A stretch of 64,000 nucleotides of DNA from Iphione sp. A-MEVVRFRX5 (taxonomy: Eukaryota). This document shows, in pieces, positions 51,531 through 63,600 of the stretch. The stretch lies in NCBI GenBank assembly GCA_976226885.1, contig OZ320314.1, forward strand, positions 50,964,001-51,028,000, written 5' to 3'. Position numbers and translations under genes: made by a program. The notes beneath the pieces were generated by a model. It saw only the letters and a list, made by a program, of their open reading frames with translations, was not told the DNA's origin and ran no database searches. Within the stretch, counting starts at the first letter, position 1. The number at the start of each line of letters is the position of its first letter.

Positions 51531-53315
51531 ACAAAACTAGATTAAATATTGGTTTTGGATAATCCAAGGGACCAGTCGATTCTCCCTGGGTGTCACACAA
51601 AGATGACCTCGTTATAGGCACTCTCGACATCTAAGTGACAGTCTGTATTGACTTCCCCCTTAAAAGTGCCATATTTCCACTACTATAGTTTTGTCAATGC
51701 TTCACAGAAATCTCTCATACTTTTAGTAAATAATTCTTTGCATCTTAGCTACATAGGTGCCAAATCATTTTTGCTAGCTGTTATAGGTTTCTAGTAGTGG
51801 CCCGAGAAAGAACATCCTCTGCCTTAAAAAATCTCTCAGCTCTATCATGGGCAGGATGTTTGTCGAGGCAGCCTTCTCCTGCATGATATGCTCATTGGCA
51901 GTTTCTCTAATCTATGAGAAGAGAGGGGGAAATATGGGTGTCTCATCGATATAAATTTATGAAAACGTAAAAATAGGAAACCGATCCTCTAACAATGCCT
52001 TTTTTTTATCACACATTAATACTGAAAAATATACCAATAAGGGCAAAATGAACCTTTTTACCATTGTCCAGTCTCCCTGACACAGCAGGTTAAGGTGCAT
52101 ACACCCAGAAAGTCAATCTAAAGAGAGGTACAAGTCCAATGACTTATCCGACTTAGCATTCCCCAGCTAACTAAATAATTCAGGTGTGATCACAGCAAAT
52201 ACAAACAGAAGAGGCCATACAAACATTACAATTACCTTCTACACAAAAAATAAGGTACTTAGGTGGACGGCAGAGATTTAGAAAGAAAGAGCTACTTTAC
52301 CACTGTGCTTAACACTCAATGCCTCATGGTACATTCTCAATTAAGTATTGCAACCAGTATCTTCATCCTTCAAAGACATGAAATATCATGTATAACTTCT
52401 AATCATTGCAATGAATGTAATTTTTCAAATCTGGAGGAGATATGTGTTTAGTAGATATATGGGTTTCTATGTCTGATATATATTTTCATAGTCATAATTC
52501 AGTAGCAAATATGTCTTGCCCCTTAAAATACCCCAGTCGATTGCTATTGGAATAATTATATTGTATGCTGTGATCTAAAATGAAATATGCCTGTGTCCTA
52601 AACCCTATACTTGTAACTTTATTCAGAGTGATCTCTTGTATCATTCATAGGGAACATTTGACATTAAAAGCAAATCACTGTAAAATGAGATAAAAATGAA
52701 TTTTGTCGATGGTTTTTGTGTCATTTATGCTATAATACAGCCTTTTCATGAAAAAATGTTTAAAACAATAAAAATGTTGATTTATTTACCTTCAATAAGC
52801 TTGATACCTAAGTATTTGAAACTATTGTAAAATTTGCCTTTTACATATGAGTGAATGTAAGTAAACACAATGTCTTATTTTAACATGATCTATTATCATA
52901 AGAGTCACTTAAAATGTGTGTGTGTTGATAAATTTGTCTTCTTTTCATAGCTCTATATTATGACAGTTTATCAACTGAGTCTAATAGTTTAGTTCAATAA
53001 ATGTCTTTTGCATTGGTCTATATTACACAATACAATGAATTTCTGCCTTCAAAAGTAGGAAAAACGTCCTCTTGGGTACTGCTGCTAGAATATTTTGATA
53101 AAACATCATGGACAACATGCGAAATTAGTCATTGATGCCATGTTGCTGCTCTCGTCTTTAAATAATGATATCTCAGAAAACTTGGGATCTGTGATCTGCA
53201 ATCCTATTTGCCTCTTAAGTTAAGTCTTTGGCAGTCTGAATTAATATTATTATGACTTTTCATCTGTAATGTAATAATTTCTATGGGATTTGAAAGCTTA
53301 AAATTAATTGAATTA

Positions 53316-54038
53316 CCGACGACCCTCCTCAACCAGAGGGGTCGCGGAATGCGAAAATATGTCCGGTTGGAGGGGGGTCCGGAATGGCGACCCGAGCACC
53401 ATGCGTCTCCTGGTGGGCAAAACTGTCATAATGGTAAAACATGATTGAGGCATATTCCATGGAGAAAATGTCAAAAACGGCAAATTTCAAGGAGAATGTG
53501 ACCAAAAACGGCAAAATTCATGGAGATTGAGGCATATTCCATGGAGAAAATGTCAAAAACGGCAAATTTCAAGGAGAATGTGACAAAAAACGGCAAAATT
53601 CATGGAGATTGAGGCATATTCCATGGAGAAAACGTCAAAATAACTTCAAATTTCTTTGTTCTCTGACCTATGTTGTCTCCTCCTTTAGGAGGTCCCCCCA
53701 CGCGTCACGCTTATGTAATCATCTCGCACGTCTGTATTTGACTTTGAACCTCTGTTAGTCGCTCTGCGCTTTGTTGTCTCTTCCCTTAGGAGGTCCCCCC
53801 ACGCGTCACTCTTATGTAATCATCTCCCACGTCTGTATTTGACTTTGAACCCATCCGGTTAAATGGCAGTATTTCCTATAGTAAACACTCAAAAATGCAG
53901 CTAAATTTCGTCCGAATCCGGAGACGGAGGCTCCGGTTAAATAGTATAATTTTAATAGAAAAAACCTTGGTTATTCAAATACCGTCCGGTTATATGATGA
54001 TTCCGGAAGAGAGGGGTCCGATAGAGGGGGGCCGCCGG
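53316..54038 (+). mobile_element. Family F1 copy 2 (723 bp)
   Basis: TA|ccgacgaccctcctcaacc ... gatagaggggggccgccgg|TA; colinear with copy 1; 82-bp unit at 53444, 53526 and 53608; extra ~101-bp duplication (53671/53772). Confidence 0.85.
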
Positions 54039-54124
54039 TATACATATCATATAAATTAATAGATAATTATGTAGCTTATTTTATTAATCATAGTAAAACT
54101 AATGCGCATGTACACGTGTCTGAG

Positions 54125-54127
<3 letters not shown>

Positions 54128-54178
<51 letters not shown>
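54128..54178. repeat. (GA)n microsatellite
   Basis: About 25 GA units. Confidence 0.93.
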
Positions 54179-54183
<5 letters not shown>

Positions 54184-55559
54184 TAGAGGCTGGACTAAAG
54201 TCTCATTAGTAATTTGAGTAGTGTCTGCAACCGCTATCTTGCTGTCAATGCTAAAAAACCAAAAGAAAAACACGTGCAAGTGTCTAAATCAATCCATTCT
54301 ATTATATTAGGGTGGTGTTTGAAACCGTCCAGCTTAGTGTTGGTGTTCAACACAGTTTCGATGTCAAGACGGGATTGCACAAAACTCCATTTTGCTTCAC
54401 GAAACTGACGAATAGAGAAACAGTTGTCTTGTTCACATACTACATGTACATTGGATTTTGCACGGGCCTGTCAGCAGCGGGAGCATGATGTCCTGCCACC
54501 TAGTGTAAAGGAAGAGAATGACATACTGCTTCTCCTAGATTTGAATACTGATGAGCAATTTGTATGACAAATTGCCCCGCTGCAATATTGGATGATTTTA
54601 GGTAGATACCGTAAATGATGATTGTTAAGTGCCATTTGAGCACTGGAGACAGTGAAATAACTGAATTATAAATGAATAAGGTTTCCATAAGCCCTTCCGG
54701 ATAGAGCTAAGAAAGCAAATCATAGGGAAATAGGTGGGCTCTGAGAGTGGGGCCGTGAAATAACTGAATTATAAAAGCTATAAAAGCAAACCGTGGGGAA
54801 ATGCAAGGGGCGTAAGAGGGAAGCCATACTTTGAGAATAAAGGTCTGTTGATTAATATTTATATTAGAAAACATTTATCAAACGAAAATTGATATCAAGG
54901 GCTTGGAGGATACCAACCAGAAACTAAATATTGCATTTTATTTATGTCGATACTCAGAACTTAATAACAACAAAAAAACATACGTCTGGAACTACTGCCC
55001 TCCTTCCTCCTCGACACTTTGTTGAAAATATAGGTCAAGCGTGGCCAGGCAAAAAAGAGCTCGTCAGCCTATTAGTGGACATACGTGGTACCTTTTAGGA
55101 CCACTGATCCTTACTGTATGTCTTACATGGATGTCAATCTACTGTTCTGGGCAATGTTTGCGTTACTTGATTTTTCATTGCATGTTATATATGTCGTTGA
55201 CTGATCTTCGCCTTAATAATCCCCCCAAAAAGAAAAGCAAATTTGTTACATCATACACTGTTATCTCATGATATTATTCATTTACATGAACAAGTGCCGT
55301 TGGCGTGCACACACACACTATCCTACTCCTCCAGCTGGGCCAAGGATATCTGCCTCCCCTAACCACCACCACCCCTACAGATTGGGGGGGGAGGGGTGAA
55401 AATACAGACTACATGCAAACACTTTCTTTGCTCAGGCGTAGAGATACGATTTTACAACCCTGTAACAAAGGGATATCCCTACTCAGCTCTGAAAAAGTAG
55501 TGCCACATATAGCAAATGTTTTAAAAATACATGTAATGTCTTTTCACACAGAACATGCT

Positions 55560-58500
55560 TCTATTATCATCACTATTAATATCATACCCTAGTCTGTACA
55601 TAAATGAAAAAAGTAATGTATCTTTCTTTCATCACACTACCATGAGATCTACTCCCATGGCCAGTCTACTTTCGGGTAACGTTTTATATAGGTAGTGTAA
55701 CTACATTCTGCTGCTTCCCATTTGAGGTTATGGTCCTCACAGTGGGCGGGGTCATGGTTTTGGGCACATTGCACATTGTCAGCAGGGTGTGGTAGGGATA
55801 TTGATCAACCAAAATTTGCCACATGTCATCCTCAACCAATATGCTGATCCCACGGGATGGTTTATCTACGTACAACTCAAACTTTCAGATAAGGTGTTAA
55901 GTGTTATTTCTCTTTATGCACATGTAGTTAGAGCAAAAGACAGCCAGACCCAATTGTTCTGCGATATATCTGACAATATTGCCTCTAATGAAGAACACCC
56001 TTGGATTATTGGTGGCGATTTTAACACAACTGTAAACCCCTCTGTTGATAGACCAGCTAGGCATTATATGAGAACTGGGTTATCACATTCTTAACAAGCA
56101 CCACATGATCTCATTTGTGAAGTTTCTCTTAATGATGCTTGGCGCACGCAACACCCTATGGCACGGAGATACATCTGGCATTGCAATGTTACATCGGCAT
56201 CTAGAATTGACTATAATTTTTAGCGATCAAATTTTACCGTCTGTTAAAAGTTCCAAAATTCTTCCCGGGGTGCATTCTGATCATAGTGTACTTTCCCTTG
56301 AAGTCCCCTTACAGGGAACACGTAGGGGACCAGGCAGCTAGGCGATTTAATAATCAACAACTATCTGATGATATATATTGTACTCAGTTGAGGGAACTGT
56401 TTCCCACCTGTATTACTGAACCCACCTTGTCCTCAGCCCACTCAGCTTGGGGATATTTGAAGTATAGAATAAGGACGTTTATATGGGAAGATTCCAAAAG
56501 CTAAATGTCTAAAATCCGGAGGTATGAACGTACTTTAGAAACTAGACTTAGTGAGGTGGCTGAAGAGCTAGATGGCAAAACTGACTTTCATATTAGAGAG
56601 AATTTACAACAGAAAAGATCTACCATGATAAAAGAATTACAACAGATTGGGCTGAGACGTGCTCAGGGTGTCAGACTCACGTTTAAGATGGGAAAGATGG
56701 GACGAAAGGCCCACTTCCTATTTTTGTAGAATGGAGAAAATACAAGCTCAAGCTCACACGTGTACCTGTCTACAATATGATGATGATGTGATGATACAAT
56801 GTAATTACCTCACGCTCAAGTATTTTAGGGTATCAACACTCTTTTTATGCAGATTTATATGATGGTACAGGGTATCATCTGTTTCTAATTTTGAGGAACA
56901 TGGCCCTCCGGGATGGGACACCTTACTTCCCCATTTAGATGACCCTGCTGTTGATATAATTAAAAACTATTTGACAATTTTAGAATGCTGTCAAGCCCTA
57001 AAAATATGTCTCCCAACAAAGGTCCAGGGCTCGACGGGTTAACTAAAGAATTTTTATACACATTTTTGGCTGGATCTTTGTCACTCCCTTCTTAACATGT
57101 TCTAAGAAGCAATACAGGAGGGTTATTTTTTAGAATCTCAAAATTGTTCCTTGATTACTCTTTTACCTAAACCTAGTAAAAACCTACTAGAAGTAGGGAA
57201 TTGGAAACTGATTTTCCTTATCAATGCTGATATTAAGATCTTTTGTACTAGCAGAATGCCTTCAACCTTGGATGTCACAATGAGCTGATCGCTGAACGTT
57301 GAAGTAGCGGGTAGTGCGGACGTAATTTTTATGAATCAATACGTCATGACATGAATTGACCAATCAGATTGCTTAAAATTGTGACAATGTCGCAAATTGG
57401 TAAAAGTTACGTCCGCACAACCCGTTTCTTTCGCAGCTGGTGATCGGTCTATTAATTCAGCCTACCCAAACTGGTTTTATCAAAGGTAGACAGCTTTCTT
57501 ACAATCATAGAATTATTACAGATTTACATTGGTTTTTTTCACAAACAAATCTATCAGGTGCATTCATTGCAATAGACTTTACGAAAGCTTTTGATTCAGT
57601 CACATGTATCAGCCTGTAAACCCAAGCTTTTGTGGTGTGAAAAAATTATTTGAGGTATTAACTATATACTGCTGGTAACTTCATAGATGACTTTTCTCTC
57701 AATGTAAACGACAGGCTTGAAAGATATATACAACTATGTTCTAGATGGGCAGGCCATCAATTGTCCTTGAAAGGTAAAATTGTCAACATTAACTCAATTA
57801 TTGCTCCTATTATGTTATAATGTTTGTACAAATACTATTGTTCCCAACAAAACCTTCCAAGAGTTTGAAAAAAATTATCATGAAGTTAATTGCCATTGCT
57901 CGTCGCACATTTATGATTTCTATTCAAAATGGTGGACTTAAACTGGCTTTGTTGCAACAAAGGTATCAGGCCAATCCAATTAAGATAATTAGCCTTATGG
58001 TGGCTAACATCAAGGAACCTTATTGGCTACCTTTTGCCTATTAAGCCTTGAACACTGCTAATATTTACTTCTTTTTTAAGGCAAAAAACAGTCTACAACT
58101 CACCTGGCCACAAGAACCATTCTACAAAGACATTTGCCAAATATGGAAGAAATTCAATATTGCTCCAACCACTAAGCTCACCACTTTACGTGCTGACTAT
58201 ATATGGCGAAATGACAACATTGCTTCACAATACCTACATGTTACTGAGCATTCATGGAAGCCCCATAGTATTTATTATATTGGTCAAATTGTAGATAATA
58301 GGGGTAATTTTTTTGGATAGAAGAACTTTCGAAATTCTCCACGGTTTTTGTTATGAATCCTTTGAAAAAGACAATGTTAGCCACTCTTCAGCAATGATAT
58401 AGTAATAGCTATGACCATGTTGGCCTGCCCATGGACTATAATGACTTTATATTAGGGAGTCTGGATGGTAATATTGATTGAAATTTCTGCTCTGTTAATG

Positions 58501-59105
58501 ACATTTATTGGTCTTTGTCAGACAGCCAGCCTCATGTACCTACCAGTAAACACAAATGGTTGACGGAACACCCCAATATGATTGATGAACAATATACATG
58601 GCAGTTTATTTATTCTATGGAATTCAATTTTACCCCATGTACAAAATACCAAAGTTTTCAATATAGGGTTATAAATAGGACTACATGTATTCCATGCAAC
58701 CGTAACTGAACCTCACATAAGTTGCTTACTAGTCCTATCTGGTCATGGTGTCCTTATGAAGATAATATAATTAATTTCTTTTGTACTTGTCAATTAACAG
58801 AGCGTTTTTTGAAGGCTTTTTATAATTGGAGGTATTCCTGCTTTCAAGTTAACATCTCTATATTCTCTCTACAAAAGAACTTACATTTGGAGTAGTAGAG
58901 AAATTCCCATATAAACCTGTCCCCAATTATTTTCTCATGCACAATAAGTTTTTATATTTAGACAAAAACATTAAAGGGACCTTTGTTGGTTTGCTTGGTT
59001 ACAAGAAACTAAACAGATAGCTTACACTATGAAACTTTACTAGGCTATACATGCCAAAAAAAGAAGTTGGCTCGTGTGTGGACAATTATTTATGACCATA
59101 TTTAA
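55560..59105 (+). mobile_element. Decayed L1/Tx1-clade LINE ORF2 (APE endonuclease plus RT)
   Basis: VGILI, WIIGGDFN, SDH (APE); NKGPGLDGLTKEF, GNWKLIFLINADIKI, QPTQTGFIKGR, IDFTKAFDSV (RT); KYQSFQYRVINR near the C-terminus; many stops and deletions, so boundaries are approximate. Confidence 0.85.
57283..57450. mobile_element. ~168-bp mini-element, copy 2, inserted in the LINE RT
   Basis: Inverted repeat cgggtagtgcggacgtaa (57308-25) / ttacgtccgcacaacccg (57407-24); separates AECLQPWMSQ from IQPTQTGFIKGR. Confidence 0.7.
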
Positions 59106-60245
59106 CTCTTTAATGACCGAAAAAATCCACGTTTTAGACAAAAACAACAGAGGTTAAAGATGGAAAGTCCTCCTCTGAGTGTTATTCCAACAGAACCCAT
59201 ATCATGTGATACATCATTTTATTCTTATTAAGCAGTTACCATGGTAATAGGGGAGTCCTGAACATGCACCATTTTCTAAGAAAATAGTGAGAAATTTCCA
59301 CTTATTTATAGTATATATCAAGAAAGAATTACTTTTAGAGAAAACCTTATCATTGAGCAAATATTCAGGAAGTGATTTACAATCTTTTGATACCTCATTT
59401 GCTGTGTTTTTAGCCAAGTGGAGGGGTATTTCCTCTGGCTCTCCACTCGCAGACCCTTGGCACCACAGGCCATGGCCAGCAAATCTCTAAATAAATGGAC
59501 CCCTTTAATATCGTAAGGTTTCCTAGTATACCCACTGCCCATATGGGCCTTTGGAGGTTCTGTAAAGACTGGATGGATACTCTGTTATTTTACACCCTAT
59601 ATTAAGTGGCCATGCTATTCCCAAGGTGCCTGATGAGACCATTAGGGTCGAAACCATGCACTCCCTAGGCTGCTGACAACATTAACTGATCTCCAAGCAC
59701 ATCCTCCCTCCCTTTTTGTCCCCTCCAAACCCAACCAGCTTATTCCCTCCCACCAGATCACAGTGGAAGCCCCCCTCCCCATCTCCCAGGAGCCATATGG
59801 CAGCCCTAGGAGCATCATGATAAAGTTTTTTTGAACACCCAGCCCAATGAAACATTCCTACATATCCAGGTCCCTACACTAATACATGGAATTTCCACAT
59901 GGGTCCGGAGGTTTGCATTCCGCATTTGGGTAGGTTGCACTGGCACCCGTACCCCTCTGCATGGTCACACCAGAGCTTAGAGGCAGCTGACCCTTTTGCA
60001 ATATAATATCCCCGGTCCCCACACTTAAGGTGAAAAGGGACCGCATGATAGTTCCATTTTTCGTGAAAATAGGGGTCATATTCAAGTCTGAATGCATTTC
60101 TTGGAATCCTAAAATAGGGGGGGTATTTCAAGACCAAAAATTTGTAAATGGAAGTGCGCAGAGCTATGTCACATCTGTGGGCAGTGAAGTAGAACCGCTG
60201 AATACAACCACTGTAAATAGGCTCTGTCTACTGTCTATAGATATA

Positions 60246-61091
60246 CCGTTGGCCCCTCCCTATCGGACCCGTCCTTTCTGGAATATCATCATAACCGGAG
60301 GGTATTCAAATTCCCAATAATTTTTCTATATTAAGTACACTATTTAACCGGACCCTGCCTTTCCGTATTCGGATGAAATTTAGCTGTATTTTAGAGCATT
60401 TAACATAGGAAATACATTCAGTTAACGGGACTAGAGAGAACAAAGAAAACATCAGAGACACGCGAAACGATTATATAACAGCAATATGCAGGCCAGACAC
60501 TCCTAAAGGAAGAAACAACAGAGCGCAGAGGCTCAAAGTCAAATACAGACTTGCAAAATGATTATATAAGAGTGACGCGTGGGTGGTGACCTCCTAAAGG
60601 AAGAGACAACATAGCTCAGAGAACAAAGAAATTTGAAGTTTTCTGACATTTTCTCCATGGAATATGCCTCAATCTCCATGAATTTTACCCTTCTTTTGTC
60701 ACATTCTCCTTGAAATTTGCCATTTTTTACACTTTCTCCATGGGATATGCCTCAATCTCCATGAATTTTACCCTTCTTTTGTCACATTCTCCTTGAAATT
60801 TGCCGTTTTTTTTACACTTTCTCCATGGGATATGCCTCAATCTCCATGAATTTTGCCGTTTTTTGCACATGGGAAGATACATGATACCAGGAGACGCATG
60901 GGAAGCCTTTAAAATCAATATAGATCGATAAACAATAATCTGTTTCAGTATTGATAATGCTCCCATACTTTACTATTATGACAGTTTTCCCCACCAGGAG
61001 ACACATGGTACTTGGGTTGCAACTCCAGAGCCCCTCCCATCCGGACAATTTTTCGCATTCCGGTACCCCTCCGGTTAAGGCGGGCCGAGGG
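60246..61091 (-). mobile_element. Family F1 copy 3 (846 bp, reverse orientation)
   Basis: TA|ccgttggcccctccctatcgga ... ccggttaaggcgggccgaggg|TA; reverse complement colinear with copy 1; ~82-bp repeats at ~60640-60870. Confidence 0.85.
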
Positions 61092-61489
61092 TACATGCAC
61101 ATCTAGTTGTGTGTATAGATGTGTGTATGGATGTATGTGTCTATCAATATACATGTGTGTAGTTGTGTTTATAGATGCATGTATGGATGTATGTAGGTGT
61201 CTGGGTGTTTGTATGAATTTATATATACATATATGTATATCTATATTTGAGTGTGTAATTGTAACTGTATGTGCATGTTAGTGTGAGCTAGTGCATAGAG
61301 ATGTCACTGTATATATATAGGGGAGTGTGTAGGTGAATGTATGAATATAAGTGTTTGGGTACATTATGTGTATGAAGGTGAAGTTGTGTTTGTGTATAGG
61401 TGTATGTGTAGATACATGTTTTTATGTATAGATGAAGTTGCGTGTATGTGTCCTAGTGTGGGCATGTAGAGGTATCAGTATGCAGGGTG

Positions 61490-62200
61490 GATGCACCACG
61501 AAGACACCAACAGAGACACAATTGGGCAACAGAAATAAATGCATAGCGAAAAAATGCCGTTATTGCCCCATGCTAAATAAAACCGGTAGAATAACTTCGA
61601 GCACCAGCCACCGCACTTATGCGAGTATGCGTAATGTTACGTGTAATAGCTCAAATCTCATATACTGTATAACTTGCAAGCGATGCCGCAAACAGTATGT
61701 GGGACAGACGAGAAATAAGATCAAAGAGAGATTTAAGTCACACCTGTACAATATTGTACACGACCCCACCCGAACAGAGGTATCACTACACTTCAGAACC
61801 ACAGGACATGACGGTATCAAGGATGTCCAAATTATGGTGGTAGACTTCATCCACAGCAACCCCAAAGGGGACAAATCTAAATACCTGCGCAATCTAATTG
61901 AATTCAATTGGATACATAAGCTCAAAACACCAGCCCCATGGGGGCTGAACACGATAGACTACGAATAGGATACAATTCGTTCTCCTATCTTGTGCACTCA
62001 TTGAGATCTCTTTAGCCACGTCAAAAAATTTTTTTCCTTTCTCCTACAGAGATCTAAATGAGTACACTAACACAATGCCTGATGAGACAGCAGTCGAAAC
62101 CGGGATAACCCTCTGTGCCCTCCGTAGCTAGGACATAAACATAGTCCGGCTCATTACACTGTGACACCCCTTGTGAGGCCCACCCCCACCTGGGGCCCCC
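61490..62200 (+). mobile_element. 5'-truncated Penelope-like element (GIY-YIG endonuclease, stop at 61968)
   Basis: CRYCP...NVTCNSSNLIYCITCKRCRKQYVGQT...RFKSH...HF...H...EFNWIHKL...GLN is the PLE GIY-YIG pattern; hammerhead-like core at 62079; element boundaries approximate. Confidence 0.85.
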
Positions 62201-62429
62201 TTGATCCTCATTGGCCAAGACATTCTGACCAATAGGGGTCCAGACACAGTGACCTAAGGAGAATTCAAACTTTTGGCTCCACAGAACTCGGTAGCATTTG
62301 GAAGGGAAAGGATATAGCCACGTCCCCCGAAACAGTATGCAGGGGTGTGGATATAAGTGTATAGGTGTGTCAATGTATGTGTGTGTACATGTGTGTAACT
62401 AGGATGATGTGAGCATTTGTAGGTATGTT

Positions 62430-62607
62430 NNNNNNNNNNNNNNNNNNNNNNNNNNNNNNNNNNNNNNNNNNNNNNNNNNNNNNNNNNNNNNNNNNNNNNN
62501 NNNNNNNNNNNNNNNNNNNNNNNNNNNNNNNNNNNNNNNNNNNNNNNNNNNNNNNNNNNNNNNNNNNNNNNNNNNNNNNNNNNNNNNNNNNNNNNNNNNN
62601 NNNNNNN
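62430..62607. other. Assembly gap (N run)
   Basis: 178 N. Confidence 0.99.
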
Positions 62608-62713
62608 CACTCTTCCATAGGGGGGTTAGAGGATGTTTTCAGCTGGATAGACACTGTCTATCACCTAATTGATGTTGTGAAATATTCTAAATTTGCTTAA
62701 CTTTGCATACTGA

Positions 62714-62996
62714 TCACACTTTCCACTGATCAATATGTATAAACCTCCATGCAAAACCACACGATTTCCACTGATGCGTGTATACCTCCATGAAAAACCA
62801 CACAATTTCCATTGATATGTTTCTACCTCCATGAAAAAAACACACAATTTCCACCGATATGTGTGAACCTCCATTAAAAACCACACAATTTCCACTGATG
62901 TTTCAACCTCCATGAAAAACCACACAGTTTCCACTGATATGCTTCAACCTCCATGAAAAACCACCCAACTTCCAATGATATGCCTTAACCTCCATA
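62714..62996. repeat. ~41-bp minisatellite, ~7 copies
   Basis: cctccat recurs at 62744, 62785, 62826, 62868, 62907, 62948 and 62989. Confidence 0.92.
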
Positions 62997-63301
62997 CATA
63001 GATATATACTACATACATAATCTCTCTCACTCTTTCTAATATTAATCCATGACACTAATATTAAACAATTCTCTATGTAAAAATAGGAAGGAAGAATTTA
63101 TTCTTGAAATCTTAAAAAAGGGGGCTATTTTAAAGGCCCAAACTTTGTGTTTTCATGCAAATAGGGGGGTTAAATTGCTCTCAAAATTCTTGAAAGGGGG
63201 GTCTAATTTTTTTGGGAACGATCAGGTGTGTCCACTATTTAGTGTGAGTGAGGGGACTGGGGTAATACCCAACCTTGTGAGCAGGAGAGAGAGAGAGAGA
63301 G

Positions 63302-63471
63302 TGTAACAGATATTGACATAGATGCCATCTGGTGGAGATTTCACTATTTGTAACTGGTTGAAAGTGTAGCTGCTATTCTCTTCTACTATTTTGTAATAAA
63401 CTACTTCCTGTCAGCCATCTTGCCTTTTATGTACACTAGTCATCTGCCCACACATTTTAACGAACATTACA
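63302..63471 (+). mobile_element. 5' LTR of a Ty3/Gypsy retrotransposon (170 bp)
   Basis: TGTAA...TTACA termini; AATAAA at 63395; immediately followed by a PBS. Confidence 0.85.
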
Positions 63472-63486
63472 TGGTGTCAGAAGTGG
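63472..63486 (+). promoter_or_regulatory. Primer-binding site (tRNA-Leu type)
   Basis: TGGTGTCAGAAGTGG is complementary to the tRNA-Leu 3' end ...CCACTTCTGACACCA. Confidence 0.85.
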
Positions 63487-63600
63487 AGACAAGCTGCAAA
63501 ATAAGCAAGACTACAAGGATTCATGTCAGTGCAACATATGAAACTGTGAGTTTGTCTGTTTTCTGATTTATTGACTCTGTGCTACTAGTTAGAAGTTGGT

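Noticed and set aside
54548-54575. CTGATGA followed by an 8-bp hairpin (gcaatttg/caaattgc)
   Set aside because: No GAAA box after the stem, so not a hammerhead
59874-60137. 87-aa Cys/aromatic-rich minus-strand ORF resembling a small domain
   Set aside because: The underlying DNA resembles the non-coding repeat at ~63110-63270 (aaataggggg, gtg..ggggac.gggg); no splice signals or recognisable family
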